Below are positions 23,479-36,262 of a stretch of 64,000 nt of DNA, in pieces (position 1 is the stretch's first letter; every line of letters starts with the position of its first letter). A program made the position numbers and the translations under genes. The notes beneath the pieces are model-generated. The model was not told where the DNA came from. It saw nothing but the letters and a program-made list of their open reading frames with translations, and searched no databases. The stretch is from Entomortierella parvispora E1425. Taxonomy: Eukaryota; Fungi; Mortierellomycota. The stretch covers positions 2,046,001 to 2,110,000 of the forward strand of contig BQFW01000002.1 in the NCBI GenBank assembly GCA_020891255.1. Direction: 5' to 3'.

Positions 23479-26400
23479 ATGTCGACCACTGCACACCACC
23501 CCCCCGCCGCCGGCGGATCCTCTAGTTTCCACCTGCACTCCTCCGCCAACACGCGCCAGGACCACCCAAACAGTCGCAATTCGCATTATGGTCTTGGTCA
23601 TCCCTCCCACAGCGACATGGATGGCGCCGATGGATACCACTCTGAGCGCAGTTTTGGTGCAATCCACAAGTATGATTACTTTGCCGACATGCGACAACAG
23701 TGGCATGGTCTTATGTTTATTGTTCATGCTGGTCTGCACAACCACGACTTACCAAGAGCCTTTGCCATATAGCGACGCCAGGGGCGACACTTATGTACGA
23801 GGACAATATACACAAAGGCAAAGCGACTATGAATATCGTGGGGGCGCAACCTGGATCCATGGCGCAAGCTGGGCAGACGACATGAGCGGAGATGAAAGTT
23901 TTTTAGGCCACTCCAGTACAAAAACGCCTGCAACGTCGTTTGAAAACACGCCGCGGAGACTCTTGAATGGCCACGAAAACCTTGCTGCATACAACAAAAC
24001 AGCCGAAAATGGCCCATCTTCAGCTGGGCCTATTCCAGCATATCAAGGCAGCAAAAGAAGAGGGACAGAGACAATGACAAAAGGCAGCCTTCAAAGAAAG
24101 CCTGGCCAATCTTGCGGTCTGGCTGATGTAAGGGTTTTGTGTGAGCCTTCGTTTTGGAAACATTCTGGAGCGCAAGCTGATACCCATTTTTTTTTTCGTA
24201 CGTCTGCACATGTGGCAAATAGAGTATGGCTGGAACGTTGCTAAGTCTCACTGTCGTCAGAACATTTCGCGAAATGACCACCCAGACAACTGAGGACGAT
24301 ATGAATGGGGATACTGTATGGAATGGCGTCAGAATATCCTGTGTACCATCCATCGATTCAACTCCAACAACAGCAATATCGTCCGCAGTCGAAACAGAAG
24401 ACTGGCACTCTTCTTCCACATTCCTACCCTCATTGCCCCTTGAGACAGGCCCTCCTTACACTGATGTGCCTGTGGTTGACAGGGGCAGGTCAACCCCTTT
24501 GATCCAGGTCCAGCAGTCATCACATCCGTCTTCAGTCGCACAGTCTTTGGTGGACCCAGCCCGCTCTCTTTCACGCACTTCGGATTCCTCAACACACTCC
24601 AAAATCGCGGTCCCTGAACAGACACTCTCCTCTCAGCAACACAAGAGGGAGGTGGAAGGTCAACAAGGAAACAAGCAACAATTCATCCAGGAAAGGGAGA
24701 AAGGGAAGGACGAAGAGGGAACATCTTCAGCATCAGAGCCAGAGGCGTTCACGTCATCCAAATCAGCAGACTCGCTACCATCTACGACATATACCACCTC
24801 TGCTCCATCTATATCGACGTCTACGCCAAAAGTAGCGGAAATGGACCCATGGACATCAGCGGCAACAATAACAGTACCGACCGCACCAAAGGTGATAGAT
24901 TCTGACTCGTTGACATCAACGGCAACAATTGCAGTGCCGATCACACCAAAGGTTACAGATGCTGATCCGAGGATATCAGCAACCGCAGCAACCGCATCAC
25001 CAACGGCAGTGCCAAAAGTGACCGAAGCAGACCCGTGGACATCAACGGGAGTAATAACAATACCAACCACGACAAAGGTGGCAGAGGCAGACCCGTGGAC
25101 ATCAACGGGAGTAATAACAGTACCAACCACGACAAAGGTGGCAGAGGCAGACCCGTGGACATCAACGGGAGTAATAACAGTACCAACCACGACAAAGGTG
25201 GTAGACGTTGATCCGTGGACGTCCACAGGAACAATAACTGTGCCGACCGCGCCAAAGGTGGTAGAGGTTGATCCAGGGACTTCAACCGCAACAGTAGCAG
25301 TACCGACCGCGCCAAAGGTGGTTGATATTGAGCTGCAGACATCAGCAACTACACCAGCTGCAACGCCGACTGCAATGCCAACAGCAGCGGAAGCGGTCCC
25401 ATGGGCTACAGCAACATCAGCAGCTACCACGACCATGTCAAAGTCAGCGGAGGTGGATCCATGGACATCAACGGAACCGATTGTTATTACCGCAACGACA
25501 TCGACAGCGCTAAAGTTATCGGAGTCTGACTCAAAATCGTTATCCAAAACAACTTTGACAACGTCAGCAACAACGCCAGCAACAACCGCAGCAACGACAA
25601 CGACGACAGCGCCTGTGTTCTCGTGGACGGCTACAGAGACAAGCAAAGGGGCAGGTGCTTTGGTGGACTGGAGCACTGGTCAGGTGGCTGAATTTCCTGC
25701 CGAAGTTAAGCCTAAACTGATGCCGATAACGCAACGGTGGGAGACGAGCTATGGCGCAGAACTAGAGGAAGGCGGAGCGCCAGAAAGAAACGCGCAGCAA
25801 CAATGGCAAGACAAGAACCCAAGCATATCGAAGGAAGACCCCTGGATGAGCAACAACACCAGTGAAAGTCGTGGCCGAGAGAGAGATCGAGGGTCGACCA
25901 GGCAGCAAAATGTGGACAGGGGAACTCATGAACAAGGGGGATTCGAAGACCAGCAATCAGACCGAAAGGAGGACTCCAGTGGTCCACACCAGCATAATGA
26001 TTCCCAGGAGGGTCAGAAGAAAAAGTCATCGACTCGCTCAACCTCAGTGTCCTCCAATTCGAGTTCGTCCACGAACTCTTCATCTCGAGCTTCAAACCAC
26101 CAAAGTACACAGTTCGGATCTCAACATCAACAACAGCAACGATCTATGCAATCTGGGTCCTCTGCTGATCATAGAGGTGCTCATCAAGGACGCAAGCCGC
26201 TAACATCTGCAGAACGATTTGAGCAGAGTCTCATGCATAACAACTACGCTGAATCTCAATATCCAGACGGCGTAGGAAATACCGGTAACGCATATCGTAC
26301 AGGCGCGCCTCAATCTGACCCCAACCATACCTTTAATTCGTATGGACAGAACAACAAAAGCGGGGGGTACGGTTTAAACAATAATCCCGACTTGAGCAGG

Positions 26401-27351
26401 CCATTCGCTGACACACAATATGGACGTTCAGGGTACCATAACACCGGTCCTGGAGGCAGAGGGTCGGGTCCGCACAACCGATACAATCCACAACAGCAGC
26501 AGCCCTATATCCAAAGGCAGTACGGCAGCAACAATACCTCTCATCCTACCTTTCAACAGCAGCAACCGTATTATCAGCAACATCAGCAGTACCAAGCGGC
26601 CTTCCAGCACAATCAATATTCACAGTCAAGACAGCAGCCGCGCCCTGGTTATGGATATAACAATAGGCCACAAGGCAATGCCAACAAGAACGCTGGAAGA
26701 TCCACAGCCTCGCACATTGGAGGCAACCAATATGCCAACCCCAACGTGGTGACCGTGTCAGTTCCTGAAGGTTCAGACTTTACTGCAACTACCGCGGCCG
26801 TTCTCTCTCAAACGTCAGCTCTAGGTCAGGCACAGTCAGCGGGCACGGTTTCTCTCACCTCTGACTATACTCAGTCCTCTAGATCGTCGTCACCAGAGGA
26901 TGGATTCCGGAACCAAAGAAGTGCCTCAGTATCGTCTGCAGTGTCTGGCAAGGATTTTGGCGCAGGGTCTGGATCTGTTTACCAGAATGTATCCACGACA
27001 GCGGATACGCATACAGGACCTGAGAAAGGGACCAAATTAGCGACATCGAATGATTTTTTCAGTTTCCTGGAGGCCACCAAAGCATTTGTCCCGTCCACGT
27101 CTGCAGCCGGATCCACTGGTCATAAGGGCAAGAAAAAGCCTGAGACAGATAAAGAGAATACGAGGGGAGCGGAGGCTAACTCTGTCCAGTTGAATTCAGG
27201 CGGAAGGAATGCTGAATTTCAGGACAAGAAGAATGGTTCAATATCAGAGACACCCATCGTTCCCTCATTAATATCCATTGCTGATGATGAAGCCATAAGC
27301 GGGTCACCTGGATCAAGCTCATCGACAAGCAATGTCAGGAGAGATTTGTAG
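23479..27351 (+). CDS. Hypothetical 1224-aa low-complexity protein with a 20-aa Thr-rich DPW tandem repeat and a Q/N/G/Y-rich C-terminal half, 3 exons
   Basis: Model join(23479..23669,23773..24127,24223..27351), with GT-AG introns in matching phase. It includes the 1041-aa ORF. Confidence 0.8.
24820..25480 (+). repeat. Coding 60-bp minisatellite, about 10-11 units (TxPKVxExDPWTSTxxITVP)
   Basis: The units at 25081-25140 and 25141-25200 are identical, and flanking units diverge progressively. The period is exactly 60 nt. Confidence 0.95.
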
Positions 27352-27465
27352 ACGGCTGGTGTTTTATAGCACTGTCATATGTGTCTGCTCAAGGAAGGTG
27401 CGGCTCAAAGCGCAGTGTAAATAAAGAGTGTAACTTATATAACTAGACATGAAGGGTAGCTTTTA

Positions 27466-29391
27466 TTATTCAACGGCGTCAGGCTTCGATGGAGGGTCAA
27501 GGTCCTTAAGAATCTCTGCTTCCCATTCCCAATCTTGAGCTTGTTGGGCACGGCGAAGAAGCAACTGGACTGTCGACACATCCGGCTGAAGCAAGTTGGA
27601 TGACTGCTTTTGAGTTGGAAGAGCTGTCCGCGATCGGGACCTTCTCTGAAATGTCTGTTGATGCATGGGAGGATGCAGTGTGTTCCTTTGCTGTTTAGAG
27701 GTATCGTTTGAAATTGGACGAGACAGGGCATGTTTGTCTGTGGTATAATTCTCCTGTCCTACATTCCTGGACTTTGCTTGGGCATAAATTTCCTTTGCGG
27801 CTACAGTTTCGCCAAGGTCCAATAAAACAGTCAGAATCTGGTTCAATAGCGTCGAGTTTGTTGCCAGTAGTGTCTGGCGACGATCCGGTAGACTTCTGAG
27901 ACCTTGGCCCTTTGAAGATGATTGATGTTCAAGGAAGGTCCGGTAGATTCGTGCCACTCCTGCCAGATCACGATCTCGAATATGGGCCTGCATCAGAACT
28001 GAGAGTGTCTGAACATTGGGGATGACTCTGGCTTTTGAGGACACTGACGATGAAAGGATAGATGTAGGCGAGCCTGGACTTGACAAGGTGGAATGAGTGG
28101 TCTTGGTAACACTGCTAAGGGTTCTCGAAACCTCATCCAGCGCAGACGTTGAGTCGGATCCCGCCATCTTCTGATCATGATCTGAGGGTGTGGCAGAGAT
28201 TCCTGGTGACGGCTGCAGGTATCTCCAAATCTGGTCTGCTCGATCAAACTCCCCTGCTTTCAGGAAAAGATCTATCAAAGACGTGCATAGGACGATGTCG
28301 GTTTTCATCTTCGTCATGGTGAAGTCCTGCCATATCGCCCATGCTTTGTCTACGGAGTCGTTTCTGCTGATCTTGTTTCGTGAAGAGCCCTCTACAGTCT
28401 GCGGTTGATGCGTTGATCCGATCCAGTCCATAAGAACCGTGTACTCTGACACGCGAAGCCCATGGAAGTTATCAGCTCTTGGCCGGGATAGTGACCCCTG
28501 AAAGAAATCGCTGACCTCGTTATTTCTTGCGTCGCTGGCACTGATAGTTGCTGTGAGCGAAGGTTTCCGTCGCCGCTGCCTCTCTTTCTCGTTCAACCAG
28601 ATCAGATCTGAGGCGATCCTTATCAATTGCTTCAAGTTGGTGGTCGTCTTGGGTTCTCTTCCTTGTAATAGAAACACAGCTCTGGTATCACGTCTTGGGA
28701 CAAGGATCGTATCGTAGCATGCTTGCAGCCGGCTCAGATGGTTGTAATAAGTCATGACCATCTCAATTGATCCGGCTCCAGTAAGCAGTAGAGCGGCGCT
28801 TGTCGAATGCTGCGGGGAGGATGCCTTCGCGGATTTATAGAGACGAAGCGACTCGTAAAAGCGAGCGAGTGCTATGCTGGTGGAGGGCCAAATCTGGACA
28901 AGCTCTGGAGCTGATCCGTGGCCCCTGGCTACTGGGATATTCCATGACGATGGGCTGCGTGCTGATGAGGGTGCATCCCGAGATACTGTCCCTACTTTCT
29001 CTGCGCTTCCCGAGCCCAGGTAAGTGTTTTGGATTGCTGGCTGTGGGGTCTCTCCAGTAGATCTATCTCGACAACTATCATGCGATTCTTGATCGGAATG
29101 ACAAAGATAGGCCTCTATCGAGGTAGCGGCCGTAGAGAACTTCCGAGATACCCCTACAGATTGTGAAGTAGTGATCGGATGCCTCTGGTAATGATTAATG
29201 AGTCGTCGTGGGGTGGACAGGCCGACCTCCTTGACCTCTGGAGTTGCATGGGCCGAACAAAAGAGATGGCGGGCAGAGAACTGAATCACGGTTGTCCATG
29301 TCCATGTCTGTTGCGGCTGGTGAATGTGTCTCTGTTTTCGTCCATGTTTCCAAAGTAGCGGCAAGCCTCCTCCCGGAAGCGGCCGTGGCAT
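27466..29391 (-). CDS. Pentatricopeptide-repeat (PPR) protein, probably mitochondrial
   Basis: Single long ORF with PPR-like units: VSEYTVLMDWI, KTDIVLCTSLIDLFLKAGEFDRADQIW, PNVQTLSVLMQAHIRDRDLAGVARIY, NSTLLNQILTVLLDLGE and QPDVSTVQLLLRRA. The start codon is uncertain. Confidence 0.75.
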   Translation of the reverse strand: MPRPLPGGGLPLLWKHGRKQRHIHQPQQTWTWTTVIQFSARHLFCSAHATPEVKEVGLSTPRRLINHYQRHPITTSQSVGVSRKFSTAATSIEAYLCHSDQESHDSCRDRSTGETPQPAIQNTYLGSGSAEKVGTVSRDAPSSARSPSSWNIPVARGHGSAPELVQIWPSTSIALARFYESLRLYKSAKASSPQHSTSAALLLTGAGSIEMVMTYYNHLSRLQACYDTILVPRRDTRAVFLLQGREPKTTTNLKQLIRIASDLIWLNEKERQRRRKPSLTATISASDARNNEVSDFFQGSLSRPRADNFHGLRVSEYTVLMDWIGSTHQPQTVEGSSRNKISRNDSVDKAWAIWQDFTMTKMKTDIVLCTSLIDLFLKAGEFDRADQIWRYLQPSPGISATPSDHDQKMAGSDSTSALDEVSRTLSSVTKTTHSTLSSPGSPTSILSSSVSSKARVIPNVQTLSVLMQAHIRDRDLAGVARIYRTFLEHQSSSKGQGLRSLPDRRQTLLATNSTLLNQILTVLLDLGETVAAKEIYAQAKSRNVGQENYTTDKHALSRPISNDTSKQQRNTLHPPMHQQTFQRRSRSRTALPTQKQSSNLLQPDVSTVQLLLRRAQQAQDWEWEAEILKDLDPPSKPDAVE

Positions 29392-29656
29392 GGGTGAATG
29401 AGGCGAGGATGAGAAGACGGAGAACGAGAAGAGGGTGGACCTGGGGTGTGTTTGTGTGCAATGTCCGAGGGGTGCCTCAATTTGGTGGCACTCGGATCGA
29501 AAAACAACGGTGGTCACGGGGCCTCGGTTTTGAAGGTTAGATCAGCGTCTGAGAAAAATACTGTGACAAGTCACATTTTTTTTGAATCCTGAATTGGGCA
29601 TAAGTGATTCGCACGGCCGCAGAACAGGTAGTTCCTCCTCTTTTTAACAATTCAAC

Positions 29657-30978
29657 ATGGTCCGTACGCTGTCTGTCATGGCAGTCACGCCTCATGGATC
29701 GGCACATCCATCCCCTTGTGCCATCGATCCATCCATCTCTACACAGAGCAGACTATCAGGACATCACCATCATCATCATCGTCCTTCGCTCAGGACGGGA
29801 AATTGCTGTCGGAATAGAAAACGGGAAAAAAATTCACTATCGACAACCATTTTTTTTCCCGCTCAGGACTTGACTTTCAGGACTTTCGCCAGTGCATCTG
29901 GAGTTGCTTGATTGGAGTTCCTACCAGCATCGCATTGCTCTGCAGACTTCTGATATATCAAGAGTTGGCCGCAACAACTGTCTACCTGTGCCCCTATGTC
30001 AGAACTGCATTGGAATCAGATGTCAGTTGGCTTCAACGAAAGAATTCTTTGGACAATGGATTCAGTCATAACTGATCAGATCATGAGATCATCTCTCGAC
30101 CGATGCAGACACAGGAGACATGTCCTTGGAGCATGCTGGGACTTGGAATCGGAACCACCTATCATCATCAGCCTCTATCCATCTCGTCAAACAATGTCAC
30201 TAATCAAATCTGACTTTCATCATTCCTAACAGGCCAAAAAGGACGTTGCTGCTAAGCCCTCGTCATCTTCGGGTGGCAAAGCCAAGAAGAAGGTACAGCA
30301 TATCGCCCGCCTTTATTCGCTCGAACCTGCAGTTCTAGAAGACCATTATGTTCGCTGTGAAACTTCAGGACCTGACAGGAGACGGTGGCAGCTATTGCGA
30401 TGCTTGACAATGGATATTTGGATGCTGGCAGGAACATTACTTTCCGGACCATATACGGGCTGCGTTGAGCAACCTACGTCTCGGAATCTGATCTTTGGAC
30501 TTGTTGGACGGCTGAATGACATTGTCGCTGAGGCTACAATCAAAGATTGCCTGTAGTGAGAACTACAGGGACAATTGGACTGAGGACTGCTCTACTTCTG
30601 AACAAGAAGGCAATTCGAACCAAATTCTTTGAAGCAAATTCTAACGCCCTGATCCTGCTTCATTATTATCGGCTCTAATAGAAATGGTCCAAGGGTAAGG
30701 TTAAGGACAAGGCCAACAACGCCGTCGTTCTCGACAAGACCACCTACGACAAGCTCATGAAGGAGGTCCCCACCTACAAGTTGGTCTCCCCCTCCGTCTT
30801 GGTTGACCGTCTCCGCATCAACGGCTCCCTTGCCCGTTTCGCTATCCGCGAGTTGGCTGCCCAGGGTGTCATTGTCCCCGTCTCCACCCACGGTGCCCAG
30901 TGGATCTACACTCGCGCCACCGGTGTCGAGGAGGAGACCAAGAAGGCCCCCAAGAAGGCCGAGGCCGATGAGGAATAA
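29657..30978 (+). CDS. RPS25: 40S ribosomal protein S25 (eS25), 3 exons; the coding part of exon 1 is ATG only
   Basis: Model join(29657..29659,30233..30292,30682..30978) gives [73 protein letters not shown]..., with strong codon bias. Confidence 0.95.
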
Positions 30979-31548
30979 ATTTTAGGACTCTGATCTTCCT
31001 CTTTTCCCAATCTTTATCAATTCTCCTTCTTGATCCTTGCTTTTTTCATAAAGAAAACCAATGAATTGAAGATACTATTGACGAGTCTTATCTGATGATG
31101 CAATTTCATCCTACTGGTCGACATCTGCTGTTGACAAGCGGGTAGTTTACGGCCGATTATACGACTTCCTGATCCTCAAGGTTCAAAGAACTAGATGATC
31201 GACATGCGGTTCAATCCACTGCCGGTGCAGGTACACAAATGAATTTCGTATGGATCACGTTACATTTTTTCAGGTCGATCGGATCCTGACGAGAGTCGGG
31301 CCTGCCTTCGATTCGTCTGTCCAGGGACGGAATATTGACTCTTCCAGGAAGAGCCATGGAGTAGGCGTGTGAGGAAACAGGCCAGAAACGGTCAAGAGTG
31401 AGTGAGTGTGGGAGTGAGGGCGAACAACCAAGATGTAGCGGCAGGGATAGTGATCGTAACGTAGGCGTTTCATCCCGATAGACTGTGTGAAGAATGGTGT
31501 GGAGAAACCGCGCTGTGTTTGTTCGGCAGCACAAAATCCGGGGAGCAG

Positions 31549-31555
31549 TATAAAA
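31549..31555 (+). promoter_or_regulatory. TATA box upstream of the nitronate monooxygenase gene
   Basis: TATAAAA lies about 90 bp upstream of the ATG at 31640 and is followed by a pyrimidine-rich leader. Confidence 0.5.
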
Positions 31556-31639
31556 GGGACAAGGAAGCGCAATGTTCTTCTCTTCAAACTCTTCCTTTCT
31601 CTTCTACTCCACCTTTTCCCCTTTCCAGATACACTCAAC

Positions 31640-33444
<1,805 letters not shown>

Positions 33445-36262
33445 AGAGAGTAGTTCTGTTTGCCTAGAATGTAAATACAATGATACTTTTACCACAATAG
33501 GCCAACAACGGGGTAGCGGCCAGGGCGGCACACGTTGTAAATAGAGAGAACTGCAATGTAGGCTTGATGCAAAGATAAACAGCTGTCTGATCTCATTCTT
33601 TTTGCAAAGAGAGAGGAGAATAGCTGTTGTTGGATCAGCAAAGCACATTGGGACCTCATCACGATTTTTGTGGAACAACAACAACAGCGGAGTATTACGC
33701 GCCTCAATCCTACGACATCCCTTCTTTATTCTCGCGATTTGTTGGGTGTTTGGACGAAGAGTAGACTGCTGGTCAGACGGACATATACTTGCCCCAGGTA
33801 CTATATCAGATCATGCCTACCTAACATGCCTCGTTTTGTTGTTTTGGTGGACAATAAACTCTGATATCTCCACACTGGGCAGAGGTACAGTCCGTGGGAA
33901 GAATGGCATGTTTGTGTTCTCAGCTCCATCCTGTAGCCTATTCTTTCTATTCTCTCTTGCCTCCAGAGATGTGAAAATGGTAAAGACACAGTTGTCCACC
34001 CTTTAACCCCAACAAGCGACTCTTATTATCCTAGGGCGGCACTTGACTTGAGAGGTATTCGCGCTCGTCTTGCTGCTGTCAAAGATAACCCTTCTCATTC
34101 CCTTTCCGTAATTTCCCTCCCAGCGAATGAACGCTTTGTACGACCTCGAAAACACACCCATTGGCTGGTCAACTTGGCTCAAAATAGGGATCTCATGCAC
34201 GCCAAAAGCCTGCTCTTGGGCAGTTACAGCGTTGCTGATGCTTGCTTAGCCTCGCCTCTTTTTTCCCCTCTCTCTTTTTTTTTTAGAAGAGATGAGGGAA
34301 GACCAAGGTCTGTTGGATCCCCGACTGCATCGTTCTTTTCCACTTGTTCTATTCCCCCCCGCAAAAAAAAAAATAGGGGGACTCAAACTCCACCTCCCCT
34401 TATTCCGTTTTCAGCCCCTAGCCCCTCCTGACAATTGGATACCCGGGGCCAGGAACCAATGGTCAAAGGCGGAGCGAGCTTTGGTTTCTCGACTCGACTC
34501 TCAAGGCTCTTTCATGGTTATAAAAAATAGAGAGCAGTGAAAGAGTTGCAGTACTAGACTACTGTTTGTGGCGACCGACTCTATCTTCCCCGGATTATGA
34601 CAGGCCATTCTTGGCCTCCCTTATACTTTGGTTCTAGACTCAGAAAGCTGGCCCTGGAGCTGCTGGGGTGTTACAGGCCAAGCGGCATTGACAATTGTTT
34701 CGTGCTCTCTACTCTATCATGTACCTTTTTTGATGTTTTCTCCATTGTCTGCGCTGCAAAGATCGCTTCAAGAAAAAGTGCGGGGAAGGATGAGGTGGGT
34801 ACCACACTCTTGACTCCGCTTACCGTCATCTTTGCACCTGTATGCTACAGAGCTGGTCATCCGGGGAATGCTCGACGGCGAGGACTCAAGGATGACATCC
34901 TGATGTTACTTACTCGTTTTCCTATCCCCGGCGAATGAAATAAAAATAAAAATGCAAAACTTTACCGTATTAACGTTGGGGGTCAACCCGGGCGTTCATT
35001 TCTTGCTGGGTTGAGCTGGTGTAACCTGGCGAAATTGAGAGAGAGAAAACCTCGTCTTTGACCCTGTTTTCGTCATCTGTGCGACACGACAATGAAGCGC
35101 AAATCCCCTCCTGTTTAGTGACTTTGCCCACGGCTGCGATGCGGGCCTGCTTTGGGCGAGAGTAGGTCAGAAACATACTAAAGGTCAGACAGTCAAGCTG
35201 TCTTTGACAGATAGTTCATGCGAGGACTGGCTCCCGCTACCGAATTGTCAACCTGTCGATTGATCGACTTTCCCGAGGATTTCGTCTGCTCCGCCAAAAG
35301 ATAAACCTTTAAACTTCTTCCACAAGGAGAACGAAAACGAGACCGATGCAACTTTTTTTTTTTATCTTTAACGTGGCGTACGAGTGCCGCTGTACCTCTT
35401 TGCATGTGCTTCACACTAAGGCACACATAATCTTCGCCCTCCGCTAACGCATTGAGAAAGACCGACTGGTTTTGGACCCTGGTGGGAAACAAGGCCGAGC
35501 ATTTGAAAAAAAGCCAAAGCAAGTCTGAACTTGAAGGCCAGCGAGACGAGAGGATTTTCTTCATTTCAAAGACAGCATTGTTTTCAGATTCCCCCTCAAA
35601 CGCTACCCAAATAAGGATCTTGGCCCCGAGGTTTCGAAAACAGGTTCCAGGGCTCGTGAAACTGGTTCGCTGTCGCATGACCAACGGTGCAGACCAAGGA
35701 ACTGGGCCTTGAAGCGAGTTTGAAGCGACGTAGGAAGGAACCCTGCGAATAGCGCGGTGAAGAAACGAGACTACTTGACCGATCGCTTCTTGTTTGACAA
35801 ACAAACCAAAACAGAGAGCTGAGTCGAGCGTACCAGGGATTGAAGATCCGATCTACGCAATAACAAACCTTCGATTCAATATGCCTTCCTGAACAACAGG
35901 TAGGACCCACTTTTTCAAAACCATGGCCACGGCGTGGCAAGGCCAATGTACCTCTGGTTCCAAAGTCAATACTCTCGAACGACCCGTAACTGAATCAAAA
36001 GCGATGATGATGAATCGATTGTCCGTTGTTTTTAGGGGGATTCTATATAACATCCCAGGCATTAGCCCCCTCCCTTGTTTTCTTTTTTTTCTTTTTTTGT
36101 TCTTTGCCCATCCAGATTCCCCACACTCGGCAGCCAACGCACATCTTTCTTGACCGCTGACTCTCGCCTCTTGTCCAGGACGAGTCTCAAGTTCCATTCC
36201 TCCCCTCTTTGTCCCTTTCCTCTTCCCCGCCCGCCCCCTCCCCTCACACACATTAACCCATA

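Noticed and set aside
24820-25480. Regular repeat array considered as a possible CRISPR-like structure
   Set aside because: The units are contiguous, in frame and have no unique spacers. The context is eukaryotic with no cas genes.
24660-25676. 338-aa Val/Thr/Gly-rich minus-strand ORF
   Set aside because: It is the antisense shadow of the 60-bp coding repeat.
31093-31172. TGATGA...CTGA pair downstream of RPS25, resembling a C/D snoRNA with TACGACTT complementary to 18S AAGUCGUA
   Set aside because: Complementarity is only about 8 nt and there is no terminal stem. This is within chance expectation.
31196-31230. GGTTCAATCC resembling a tRNA T-loop
   Set aside because: The T-stem does not pair beyond one base pair, and no acceptor or D arm can be built.
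34597-35804. 113-aa and 203-aa ORFs in the intergenic region between the nitronate monooxygenase and CNT1
   Set aside because: They have no family motifs, no codon bias and no convincing splice model.
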